Part shown: positions 39,456 to 51,079 of the stretch, piece after piece
Layout: each line of letters begins with the position of its first letter
Numbering within the stretch: the stretch's first letter is position 1
Source: Octopus bimaculoides
Taxonomy: Eukaryota
DNA: 63,230 bases
Reading direction: 5' to 3'
Assembly (NCBI RefSeq): GCF_001194135.2
Contig: NC_069000.1
Span: forward strand, 14,011,070-14,074,299
Notes under the pieces: model-generated
What the model saw: the letters and a program-made list of their open reading frames with translations, nothing else
What the model was told of the DNA's origin: nothing
Databases searched by the model: none
Made by a program: the position numbers and the translations under genes

Positions 39456-40151
39456 AGAATATATACATTCACTTTCTTGTCTGTAAGATACATGTGTATG
39501 TATGTATGTATGTATGTATGAATGAATGAATGAATGAATGAATAACATTTTCAGTTTCAGTGTACCAAGTCCATTCACAAGGCTTTGACTGGCCTGGGGC
39601 TATAGCAGAAGACGCTTTCCAAGGGTGCCACATGATGGGACTGAACCTGAAACCATGACGTTGCGAATTAAAATTCTTATCCGCACAACTATGCCTGCAT
39701 TTATATAGTTAAAAAAAAAAAAATTAATAACAAATTACAAGAAGTGCATTATTAAACGGAACTAAAAGAAAAAAAAAATTTGTAGTTATAGAGGATAAAT
39801 TACTGAACAATTAAAACTCTAGGATTATAACCCCATCACACACGCACACCTTTTAATGAAGTTAAATCCGGCAGCTGACATATTTATTTTACTTGGAAAT
39901 TTTTTGATACATTAGATTCTGAAGAATCCAGTGTAACTGGAATTTTCAAGTGTAAGACAATACTATCCACTCCTAATACTTCAAATGAGGGTATTATGTA
40001 GAAAAAGATATTAGTTTCTAAACTGTTGACTAAACAGAACCCATCCTTCAGCATTATGATTGTTCGAAATACCCTCTTTCTCAACAGTTTATCCTGCAGT
40101 CTGTCTGTCTGCCTGCCTGCCTGCCTGTCTGTCTGTCTTTCTGTCTGTCTA

Positions 40152-40196
<45 letters not shown>

Positions 40197-40670
40197 NNNN
40201 NNNNNNNNNNNNNNNNNNNNNNNNNNNNNNNNNNNNNNNNNNNNNNNNNNNNNNNNNNNNNNNNNNNNNNNNNNNNNNNNNNNNNNNNNNNNNNNNNNNN
40301 NNNNNNNNNNNNNNNNNNNNNNNNNNNNNNNNNNNNNNNNNNNNNNNNNNNNNNNNNNNNNNNNNNNNNNNNNNNNNNNNNNNNNNNNNNNNNNNNNNNN
40401 NNNNNNNNNNNNNNNNNNNNNNNNNNNNNNNNNNNNNNNNNNNNNNNNNNNNNNNNNNNNNNNNNNNNNNNNNNNNNNNNNNNNNNNNNNNNNNNNNNNN
40501 NNNNNNNNNNNNNNNNNNNNNNNNNNNNNNNNNNNNNNNNNNNNNNNNNNNNNNNNNNNNNNNNNNNNNNNNNNNNNNNNNNNNNNNNNNNNNNNNNNNN
40601 NNNNNNNNNNNNNNNNNNNNNNNNNNNNNNNNNNNNNNNNNNNNNNNNNNNNNNNNNNNNNNNNNNNNNN

Positions 40671-40708
<38 letters not shown>

Positions 40709-40981
40709 TCTTTTGTTCTTTTACTTGTTTCAGTCATTTGACTGTGGCTATGCTGGAGCACCGCCTTTAGTCGAGCAAATCGACCCCAGGACTTATTCCT
40801 TGTAAGCCTACTACTTGTTCTATCGGTCTCTTTTGCCGAACCGTTAAGTTACGGAGGACATAAAGTCTAAATGGGAAGGTGTATGAGGGTTATGGATGCC
40901 AGATCTGTATAAAAAATACTTAAAATAAAATAAATTCATATATATTCTTAAAAATAGTGAAATGGAAGTCTGATAACAAAC

Positions 40982-41118
40982 ATGGAGTTCTTGAATTTTT
41001 CTTTTGAAATCTTCAAAGTCTTGATCATATTCAGTCTTTCTTTGATCCAAACAATTGTAAGTTTTATTTCGCAGACAAGAGACAATACTTTGGAAAGTCT
41101 TAGACATACTTTCCAGAC
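40982..41118 (-). CDS. DNAH5: Dynein HC exon, 137 nt: GLESMSKTFQSIV...LDQRKTEYDQDFEDFKRKIQELH
   Basis: Acceptor tttgtag, donor GTTTGT, phase 1-0; LDQRK..D.D motif. Confidence 0.93.
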
Positions 41119-41328
41119 CTACAAATATTTAATAATATAAAACATTTATTAAAATGAGAATAAGTTTTCTGTTGTCAATGTGTAGAAAATATCTTCTAAA
41201 ACTTTGCATCAAGATCCTTGTTAAACACCAAAAATTAATGATCAATATTATTATCGTTATCATTTTAATACTCTTTTTTTCCATGCATTTTTCCACCCAC
41301 ACGCACATTATATACACACATACATACA

Positions 41329-41375
<47 letters not shown>

Positions 41376-41949
41376 CAGGGGCAAAGGGTCTATGTATGCA
41401 ATGCATACACTGCCTTACTATTTTCCATGATGTGTGTGAGTCTGTATTTGTGTCTGTGTATATGATTGAAAAGTAAAGTTTTCATCCATTCATTTATTCA
41501 TGCCAATGCTTTGAAATTTAACTTTATATATTTAAAGTTATTTAAGGGAGATTATGTAATAAAGTAAAGTAGCACCTAAATTATCTTTTCGCATAAATTT
41601 TCAATTCATTTAAAAAGAATATTACCCAGTAGAATTTCTCATACTTTGAATCAGCCCCAGGATGACAAAAGGGTCAATTAGCTCAGTTTTCTCTCTACTT
41701 TCCCCAACTTTGAAACAGATAAGAAGAATATCATCATTCTCAGAAAAGAGAAACCAAAGCTTAAGCGGAAAATCAAAACCAAAGTGGGCAGCAAGAAATG
41801 TCATCCTTATTTTGATTGAAAGTATTATGTATTAATTGAAAGTCAGATGACCCATTCTGAAGTATTATGTATTAATTGAAGTCAGATGACCCATTCTGAA
41901 CAAATTTTTGTTTTCCATGTCTGTTAGTTTGTCAGTATAAGAACACATT

Positions 41950-42240
41950 TTCTCAGCTTTGAAGTGATCCTGAAAATGAATATCACTTTCAAGTGATATT
42001 CAAAACGAAATTGTTTAATTGTACAGCTGTTACAAGTGAAGGTGTAATTAAGACAATGACCGAAAAAAACAGCATTTGTTGCTGTTATGTTTGGTGAGAC
42101 TACAAACCTTCAAATGAAACTGTCACACGTTTTGCGATTTGTTAATGAGAAGGAAAGGCTTTAAGAAAGGTTTAGGGGATAAGTCAATGTCAGTAAAGTC
42201 AGAAAAGCTGCATCACTGACAGAAGTTGTGCATTGTTATA
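41950..42240 (+). mobile_element. Degenerate hAT transposase fragment (ZMYM/DUF4371-like)
   Basis: With stops and frameshifts: SDIQNEIV...AFVAVMFGETT...VLRFVN...ERF.G..NVSKVRKA, similar to SDIQN.L..FVAVMVDETTD..VLRYV..ERFLGF.DVS. Confidence 0.65.
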
Positions 42241-42600
42241 CACATTCACTTAATTTGGTACTCTCTCAGTCAGCTTCAACAGTTCATGAATGTTGAATTT
42301 TCTTCCAAACTTGAAAAAGAATTTCAACCTTTTTCTCAAAGTCGATGGCTTGAATAGCCCTTACTGGATGAAATCGTTGGAAGGTGATTTCTCATCTCTT
42401 ACTAACTACTTCAAAATGGTGCATTGTAGGGGGGAAACTATTTTCATTTTCAGACTCCCCATATTTCAAAACATATATAATACTACACTTTTCAGGTAAA
42501 ATGGGGGGAGGGTGGAACACTCAGAAATCCACCCACCCCAAACCTTAGTAGGAGGTGATGGACTGCATACTCTAGTTTCCTAGTCACCTTTCGCCACTGA

Positions 42601-42634
<34 letters not shown>

Positions 42635-43293
42635 CATGCATGTATGTATGTCATTATTCAGTTTATTTCAAGATTTCTTGCCAATAGAGAAAGGACCAGT
42701 TTCTAACCTAGATCCAAGGCTCCTTCATTGGAATTTCAACATCAATACAGGGTATTTTTGTTTGTTTGTTTGTTTGTTTGTTTGTTTGTATGTATGTATG
42801 TATGTATGTATGTATGTATGTATTATTTTATTGAAAGCATATATTGTTGTTAAATGCTCGAAATATGAGACTAGAAAAACAGCCAACAACTGATGAAAGG
42901 TCGTTCTTTATGTTTGTTTGTTTTGTCTTCCAGTTGTGTCTTTCGTTGTTCAAAAGAATAGTTCATGTTCCATGTATTCGTGCTTCGTACATTTTTGTTG
43001 TACACACTTCATGACGTCCTGTGCCCACATATGCAAATACAGACACAAATCCACACATACAATGGGCTTCTTTCAGTTTCTGTCTATCAAATCCACTCAC
43101 AAGGTTTTGGTTGGCCCAAGGCTATAGTAGAAGATACTTTCTCAAGTTACCATGCAGTGGGACTGAACCCAGAACCATGTGTTTGTGAAGGAAGCTTCTT
43201 CCCATACAGCTATGCCTCACCTATGGAAACATAGGAAATGTTTTGCTATCCTTTAATAATTGCCATTTTTGAAGTAACAACTGATTAGCTTAC

Positions 43294-43603
43294 CTTCAAT
43301 TTTAGATGTCGACAGATTAGAATAAAGTTCAATAGTTTCAAACATTTCGATAATTTTTCTAAGCCTCCTTACGAATGTGTCAAATTTCCCAAATATGTAC
43401 ATCCCCGAGAAGTCAAACTGTCTCTCATGTGGCAGTTTCTCCAGCTTTTCTTTGGTCTGTTGGAAACATTTTTGGTAAGTATCATTAAGCATGATACAAT
43501 CGTGTAGTTTTTTCATCAATAAGTCGGTGGGCTGTGTCCATACTGTCTCACTACCATCGCAGGTAATGTATGCTTTAGAAGCAGTTATCATTTGATTGGT
43601 TAC
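43294..43603 (-). CDS. DNAH5: Dynein HC exon, 310 nt: VTNQMITASKAYIT...FDFSGMYIFGKFDTFVRRL...SKIE
   Basis: Acceptor ctctcag, donor GTAAGC, phase 0-1. Confidence 0.95.
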
Positions 43604-44614
43604 CTGAGAGTTGAGAAGAAAAGAAAAAAACTTTAATTTCAGAGGTTCAGGTGTACATACTAAAGGTAAAGAAATAAGATGTTTCTTGAATTCTTGACAT
43701 CCTGTAAGTACACCTGTGTTGGTGGCACATAAAAAGCATCATCATCACCATCATCACCATCACCATCACCATCATCACCATCACCATCATCACCATCATC
43801 ATCATCATTATTATTATTGTCATTATCATCAACACCACTACCACCATCATCATCGTCATCAACAACCTCTGGACCATTACTGTCACAAGTCCTAGGACTC
43901 ATAGGGGGCAGTTACACAGTTTCCCTGGCATATAAGCGACTGAGATCCCCAACATTCTTCCTGAACAGGTTGCCAGCCATTGAAAAGTTGCTCATTTTAC
44001 AGCTGATTGTAAACTGGAGGAATGTGAAAATGAGTGTTTTGCTATAAAAGAACACAACAAACCAAATGGTCCAGGAATCGAAACCATTGCCTTGTGATCA
44101 TGAGTGTGGCACCCTAACCACTACGCCACGCATCTTCACCTTTCAGTGATTGCTCCTGCAAAAGGTGATCTGGTTGTGGCTTTGCATAAACTTTTTGTTA
44201 ACTTCATGTTATTTGAGGTTCTACACATAATGCTAATATGATCGACCGTGCAAACACAAGGGAACATTAGATTTAGATAATGAAGGCGGTAATTAGTTTG
44301 GAGATCACTATGTTGTGGTTGCTAGACACGCTTTATCATGTTGTTCATTGAGTTTACAGAAGTTTCTTTGTGATGGCACTAAAGCATTTTAAAACATTTT
44401 CCACCAATCAAATTTAATTCATCAACATGTACTCATGCACACACATACAAACATACACACACTCACTCACACTCACACACACACACACACGCATGCACAC
44501 AAGTACAGCAAATCACCACATCTCCCGGTCCCTTGTCACTTCTTCAGTGAAGCCAAATGAAAGTAAATTTGCAATAATAAATTATTAAAAAGCTTGTTGT
44601 TATTCCCTACTTAC

Positions 44615-44722
44615 TTTTACAAAAAGGGAAGTCATTCTTTCTGATGTATTGTAATAGCGAGAAATACTATGTATCATGCGGATGCCATTAATTAGACCTG
44701 CAATTCCAGCCAGCATACCAAC
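44615..44722 (-). CDS. DNAH5: Dynein HC exon, 108 nt: [36 protein letters not shown]
   Basis: Acceptor tctttcag, donor GTAAGT; too short for the ORF track and read directly from sequence; [18 protein letters not shown] motif. Confidence 0.96.
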
Positions 44723-44827
44723 CTGAAAGAAAATGAGTCATCATTCAATATTAGTTGTGATAATTCACAGTTATATCTGGTATCCGGAATCAGATGTGTG
44801 TGTTGTGGGATGAGTGTATTTATGTAA

Positions 44828-44868
<41 letters not shown>

Positions 44869-45695
44869 NNNNNNNNNNNNNNNNNNNNNNNNNNNNNNNN
44901 NNNNNNNNNNNNNNNNNNNNNNNNNNNNNNNNNNNNNNNNNNNNNNNNNNNNNNNNNNNNNNNNNNNNNNNNNNNNNNNNNNNNNNNNNNNNNNNNNNNN
45001 NNNNNNNNNNNNNNNNNNNNNNNNNNNNNNNNNNNNNNNNNNNNNNNNNNNNNNNNNNNNNNNNNNNNNNNNNNNNNNNNNNNNNNNNNNNNNNNNNNNN
45101 NNNNNNNNNNNNNNNNNNNNNNNNNNNNNNNNNNNNNNNNNNNNNNNNNNNNNNNNNNNNNNNNNNNNNNNNNNNNNNNNNNNNNNNNNNNNNNNNNNNN
45201 NNNNNNNNNNNNNNNNNNNNNNNNNNNNNNNNNNNNNNNNNNNNNNNNNNNNNNNNNNNNNNNNNNNNNNNNNNNNNNNNNNNNNNNNNNNNNNNNNNNN
45301 NNNNNNNNNNNNNNNNNNNNNNNNNNNNNNNNNNNNNNNNNNNNNNNNNNNNNNNNNNNNNNNNNNNNNNNNNNNNNNNNNNNNNNNNNNNNNNNNNNNN
45401 NNNNNNNNNNNNNNNNNNNNNNNNNNNNNNNNNNNNNNNNNNNNNNNNNNNNNNNNNNNNNNNNNNNNNNNNNNNNNNNNNNNNNNNNNNNNNNNNNNNN
45501 NNNNNNNNNNNNNNNNNNNNNNNNNNNNNNNNNNNNNNNNNNNNNNNNNNNNNNNNNNNNNNNNNNNNNNNNNNNNNNNNNNNNNNNNNNNNNNNNNNNN
45601 NNNNNNNNNNNNNNNNNNNNNNNNNNNNNTAATGTATATGACTTGAGATGTTTGCCTTGCCTTAACACTTAACGTTTGTTGTCCTCTTTAACAAT

Positions 45696-45726
<31 letters not shown>

Positions 45727-45781
45727 AGTTTGGAAACGCCAATATATAAAAAATGAATTTTAATTTATAATTTTGTCAGAG

Positions 45782-45834
45782 ATATTTTTAACATGTTTCG
45801 GTTCTTGAAAAAACGAACCTTATCAAAAATACAT
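45782..45834 (-). ncRNA. Candidate minimal hammerhead ribozyme, U3-A8 variant
   Basis: Minus strand: UUGAUAA GGUUC-guuuuuucaa-GAACC GAA ACAUGU U, with a palindromic stem III and a weak A-U-rich stem I. Confidence 0.5.
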
Positions 45835-46065
45835 ATTTAAAAAAATGAAATTAAATGAAAAGTTCATAATTGTTCCTTACTGGTGTCAATAGTCCACGTG
45901 GGAGCATTTTTTGTTGGTTGTTGTAGTAGTAGTAGTGACCATGCTGGTAATATATATATATACACATACATGCATAAATATATATATGTATATGAAATGT
46001 CTAGAAATATGTTCAGTAACCTCTAAAAACATAATAAAATGGGAATTGAATATGGTCTTACTTAC

Positions 46066-46179
46066 TGGATTGCTATTGTAGAGAGGGTCACAGAATTTCT
46101 CCAAAGTATACAAAAATTTAACATTGTCCCGAGCTTCATTGGCAGCATCTGTGATTTTACGATCAAGTTCCTGCCAAAT
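46066..46179 (-). CDS. DNAH5: Dynein HC exon, 114 nt: [38 protein letters not shown]
   Basis: Acceptor atttcag, donor GTAAGT; conserved EA.DNVK.LYTLEK.CDPLY. Confidence 0.97.
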
Positions 46180-47394
46180 CTGAAATATAGTTTGTTTAAA
46201 TTTATTTAATTAAAATAATTACATAAAAATACCACACGAATTTGATCTATTTTAAAATACTGTTCTGTTGAGACTGTTAAAATACTGTTCTGTTTAATTA
46301 TATAACAATGAGTTTCGTAATTAATACATTTTTATAAATAGTAAATCGGTTATATTATTCTGATTTGGCACTCTGTCAGTTATTATGACAAGGATTCCAG
46401 TTCCAATCAACGGAACAGCCTGCTCGTGGAATTAATGTGCATGTGACTGAGCACTCCACAGATATGTGTACCCTTAATGTAGTTCTCAAGAAGATTCAGC
46501 ATGACACAAAGAGACAGGACTGGTCCTTTGAAATACAGGCCTACTCATTTTTACCAACTGAATGACTGGAGCAATGTGAAATAAAGTGTCTTACGAAAGG
46601 ATACAAAGCATCGTCAGGAATTGAACTCATGACCTTGCAATCACGAACCGAATACCCTACCCACTAAGTCACGTGCCTTCACTGCTTATATTATATGGAT
46701 CAAATAAATGAATTAAAAGAAACTTCAGTGTGATGGGTTGAGTTACTAGAAATAACAGCTAAATCTTCCTCAATATATGCCCTATCATTTGCTTTTGTTT
46801 TGTATTTTTTTCTTTCCAGAAAAGAAGATACCAGATAATATAGTTTAGGTATTTACACCTGGAAAAAAATTGAGATGGTCATGGCTGGAATCACTTTGGA
46901 GATAAGTCTGCTTGTCCAAGGCTGATATGGACCTAAATAACAACAGCAACAATATATGTATAACTACGATCTATAGGGTTATATTCTTTGGTATTCTGTG
47001 CTTTGTACTGAGCAGGACATGTTAGCATAGCTGAGGTGGAGGCGGAATGGGCAGTCTGCTCCAGGTGGCACTTTTAAAGGGGCGGCACTTTTCATCCTGT
47101 TGTAGGCTATTGCTGTAGACAATGTGTTTTTTTGTGGGGTCTGGGAGTGGCAAACAGAAGGGCTGCCCCAGGCGGCACACACACTCTAGCTAAGCTAGTG
47201 ACAGGACATAACCATTTAGTGTAAAGCACAGTACGTTACATTACATTACACCAGTTCTAAGTTAACTGCTGATGAGTTGATACAGCTTTTGTGCTGTAAT
47301 TTAACACAGCAGTGTTTGAAATGTATTTCTGAAATGTGTAAGAAATGAAATAATTTCATTGTAAGATGATCACACTGGTAAATATTTGACTAGC

Positions 47395-47870
47395 ATACTT
47401 TAAAATGAAGGCAAAGAAGGTGATAACAAGAAAATATTTGAATAAGGAGGCTTTAAAATTAAGGTAAAGAGGGCAATAACAACAGATATTTGAACAAAGG
47501 ATTTAGAATAAAGATTATAAAGGCATTAACAGATTAAAGAGTACTTTGAAAATTAAAGCTCAGATGTTAACAAGTTAATATTTAACTGAAGGCCTTTAAA
47601 ATTAAGGCAAAGAAGGTGTTTACAGGTAAATAATTGAATGAGGAACTTTAAAATTAAGGTTAAGAAGTGTTAACAAGCAAATATTTGAACAAAGGATTTC
47701 GAATAAAGACTAAGGTGTTAACAGATGCATATTTGATTGGAGTATTTTCAAAATTAAAGCTCAGGTGTTAACAAGTAAATGTTTAACTGAAGGACTTCAA
47801 AATTAAGGCAAAGAAGGTGTTTACAGGTAAATATTTGAATGAGGTACTTTAAAATTAAAACTAAGAAGGG
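47395..47870. repeat. About 50-bp minisatellite with an about 200-bp higher-order period
   Basis: CTTTAAAATTAAGG recurs (47594, 47646); the variant block ATTAAGGCAAAGAAGGTGTTTACAGG recurs at 47601 and 47802. Confidence 0.85.
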
Positions 47871-47925
47871 AAAAGAAAAAAATAACTAAATAAAAATACA
47901 TATGAAAATGTCAAATAATTTTTAC

Positions 47926-48102
47926 CTTTAAGAATTTTGATTTGGCCACTTGGAGTATACATAGAACAGTTCGCACTTCTTCACCTTTGATCTGATCTAA
48001 CAAATAATTGAATTTAGACATGCGTCGTTTCCAGTGTTCCAGTTCAGCGCGTGGACCAATATCATCAGCTTCCCTCCGCATTTGTTCACTTTCTGCAAGT
48101 AC
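47926..48102 (-). CDS. DNAH5: Dynein HC exon, 177 nt: [39 protein letters not shown]...AKSKFLK
   Basis: Acceptor tgtttcag, donor GTAAAA; hallmark DHC_N1 motif of the DNAH5/8 class. Confidence 0.97.
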
Positions 48103-48489
48103 CTGAAACAGGGATTTCTTCTTTAGAACAAAAACAAGCCCAATTTTGTAAAGTAGAAATATAGTTGACTGGATTAATCCCAAGTGCATACTTTAATGGC
48201 CCTAGATTGATAAATGGTTAAGTTCCTAGGAGAATCAAAGAAACATGTAACATGGATAGAGAAAGCTAACTGTTGTAAATTACCTAGTCTGATGTTTGAC
48301 TTACCAGCAATAAAGCTTCACTGATAAGTTCTTCCAGGCATGGTTGTGTGATTGATTAAGAATTTTTCTTCACAATCACTCAGTTTGCACTGCACAGCAC
48401 CTTGGGCAAGTGACTTTTACTATAGCCATGGGCCAACCAATGCATTGTGAGTGAATTTGCTAGGCAAAAATACACACACACACACACAC

Positions 48490-48564
<75 letters not shown>

Positions 48565-49664
48565 TCGTCGTTTAATATATATATAAAGTGTGTGTGTGTG
48601 TGTGTATTTTTGCCTAGCAAATTCACTCACAATGCATTAGTTGGCCCATGGCTATAGTAAAAGTCACTTGCCCAAGGTGCTGTGCAGTGCAAACTGAGTG
48701 ATTGTGAAATATATATATATATATATATACTTTATTTTATCAATCTTGACAGAATGACTGGTTAGAAATTTCTTCGAAGGAGAACAGGTGATTATATGAA
48801 CCCCAATTCATGACAGATATTTCATTTTATTAACCCTGCAGGGATAAAAGGTAAAACGACCCAATTGGGATTTGAACTCAGACTGAAAAGATTCAGAACA
48901 AATATCATAAAGTCATTTGATGTTCTAATAATTTGGACAACCCACCATGCTACCCTTATTAAATAATAAATTATGACTAACAACTGTGGTTTAATCTTGT
49001 ACGCGGAACTCATTTTAGCCAATGGCTTTTAGTTTCAGTAATTGAATATGCAGCAGAAAAAGTAATGTCAAAACATGCTGCTCATCAATTATTTTTCTTT
49101 TAAAATCACACAATCTCTCTGTTTCCCTGTTGTCCAATTACTGAACTCTTAGTGATATACTTCTTGTTGTACATCTTTCATATGGTTCACAAATTATATC
49201 CTATTTCCATAACATTTAAACTACAAATTACATTGTCTTACAGAAGATAAACGTACACTAATTTAAATTGACTATTTACTGATTAGAATCCTGGTTAGCA
49301 TAATTTATTATCATCATAATTTATTATGAACATTGGAGAACATTGCATTCCCAATATATCCAATACTCATCACTCAATACAGTCAATACAATTTATAATT
49401 CAACAATGCAGTGGCACAGAAACAATTGTAATAGATATTAAAGTTGAGCTAAATTCATTCTCTAACTTCTTACTTTATATGTTACTTTTTTTATCTTTTA
49501 TCTTTTACTTGTTTCAGTCATTAGACCAGGGGTTGGCAAATTAGGGTAAATTACCCCAAGTGGGGTAAAAAAATAAGTAAAATTATATAAGAAATGTGTT
49601 CCTTGTTACGTCATGCCATTTTGAACTACAAACAATTTGGTTGCTACAGCGTTCTCAAGTGACT

Positions 49665-49712
<48 letters not shown>

Positions 49713-50232
49713 AGAGTTGCTTGGGTATAAAATATTTCTTAGTTTGTAACGAAAACATCTGCTGCACTAATGTTTAGAAGAGATCTCTAATGGTTCTAGA
49801 CTGTTTAGAAAAGGAGAGATTGTTTAGAAAAATTGACATCAAAATATAATGGTAGTAATATGATAGCAAGAATGATGATGAAGGTGGTGGTGGTGGCGAC
49901 GACGACAACAACAATAATGATGATGATGATGATGACAACGATGACAATGACTGTCTTTCCCACCATTGTATCTAATAGCAGTGATGACGGTGAAAGCAAT
50001 GATGATGGTGAAGGTAGTGATAGCTGTAGAGATGATTTTTGAAATGTATGACTTGAATTATTTGCAAACCATGTCATCAGTGTAAACGATTATATAAAGT
50101 TGTCTTTTACTTTCAGACGTAACTTTTATTTACAAGTAACACTATGAAAGAGCTTATAACGGTAATATTTTCGAAGTCTGGCTCACATAATGAACACAAC
50201 AACATCATTATTTTTCAAAGAATGAAACACAC

Positions 50233-50396
50233 CTGTTCAACTTGCTTTATCCAAATTTTAATGATGTTTTCAATTTCTTCCAATGCTTCACCACTATTGG
50301 CAATAGCCACATACCCAGAAGCTGTGAATGTTTGCAAACTGCTCATTGGTTTGAAATGTTGCAATGTCACCTTTTCTCCAAGACTATCTTGGGCAC
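50233..50396 (-). CDS. DNAH5: Dynein HC exon, 164 nt: GAQDSLGEKVTL...EEIENIIKIWIKQVEQ
   Basis: Acceptor tttgacag, donor GTGTGT, phase 1-0; WIKQ.EQ motif. Confidence 0.92.
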
Positions 50397-50460
50397 CTGT
50401 CAAATGATATTTAACATACAGAATTGTAAAAAGATGTAAATTTATTTGCTTATTAACATA

Positions 50461-50652
50461 GAAGAAGAAGAAGAAGAAGAAGAAGAAGAAGAAGAAGAAG
50501 AAGAAGAAGAAGAAGAAGAAGAAGAAGAAGAAGAAGAAGAAGAAGGAGGAGGAGGAGAAGAAGAAGAAGAGGAAGGAGGAGGAGAAGAAGAAGAGGAAGG
50601 AGGAGAAGAAGAAGAAGAAGAAGAAGAAGAAGAAGAAGAAGAAGAAGAAGAA
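50461..50652. repeat. (GAA)n/(GGA)n triplet tract
   Basis: Directly visible; fills most of a 324-bp intron. Confidence 0.98.
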
Positions 50653-50720
50653 TTTTCCAGAGTTATAGCTTATCTCCATTGCTTTTTGGAATTATAAGAA
50701 TAGAAACCGGGGGTGCATAC

Positions 50721-50931
50721 CTGACAATACTGAAACAAAAGAAGACATTGAGTTATAAAAGTTATTCTGTATTTTTTGTCCTTGCTGTTGTGTGTCCAGC
50801 TCACCCCAGCCATTTTGATGGTTACAAGCTGCTGGGATGAAAATATTGGATAACAATGCTTCTAAGGAAGTCAAGACGGTGTTGCTACTTTCACTGGAAC
50901 CACTCGCATGTAACTGCATATAATTAACTTC
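50721..50931 (-). CDS. DNAH5: Dynein HC exon, 211 nt: EVNYMQLHAS...LLSNIFIPA...GWGELD...FVSVLS
   Basis: Acceptor cctgacag, donor GTATGC, phase 0-1; LLS.IFIPA and GWGEL motifs. Confidence 0.92.
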
Positions 50932-51079
50932 CTGTCAGGAAGAAAAACAAAACATTGATGGACATTGAAGATCAGGAAAAGTCAATTAATTGATTAAGAT
51001 TCATAACAATTAACACAATTACCAGAAAAAGAAGAAAAAAAATAGAAACAATGATATTTTTGGTTATTCTAAAAACTTA

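Noticed and set aside
42855-42905. GAAA...CTGATGA motif as a further hammerhead
   Set aside because: The elements are in permuted order, with no stem II partner and no valid NUH triplet in this copy.
50446-50697. Poly-Glu ORF (also poly-Asp 43660-43902 and poly-Met/Pro ORFs)
   Set aside because: Translations of triplet microsatellites in introns.
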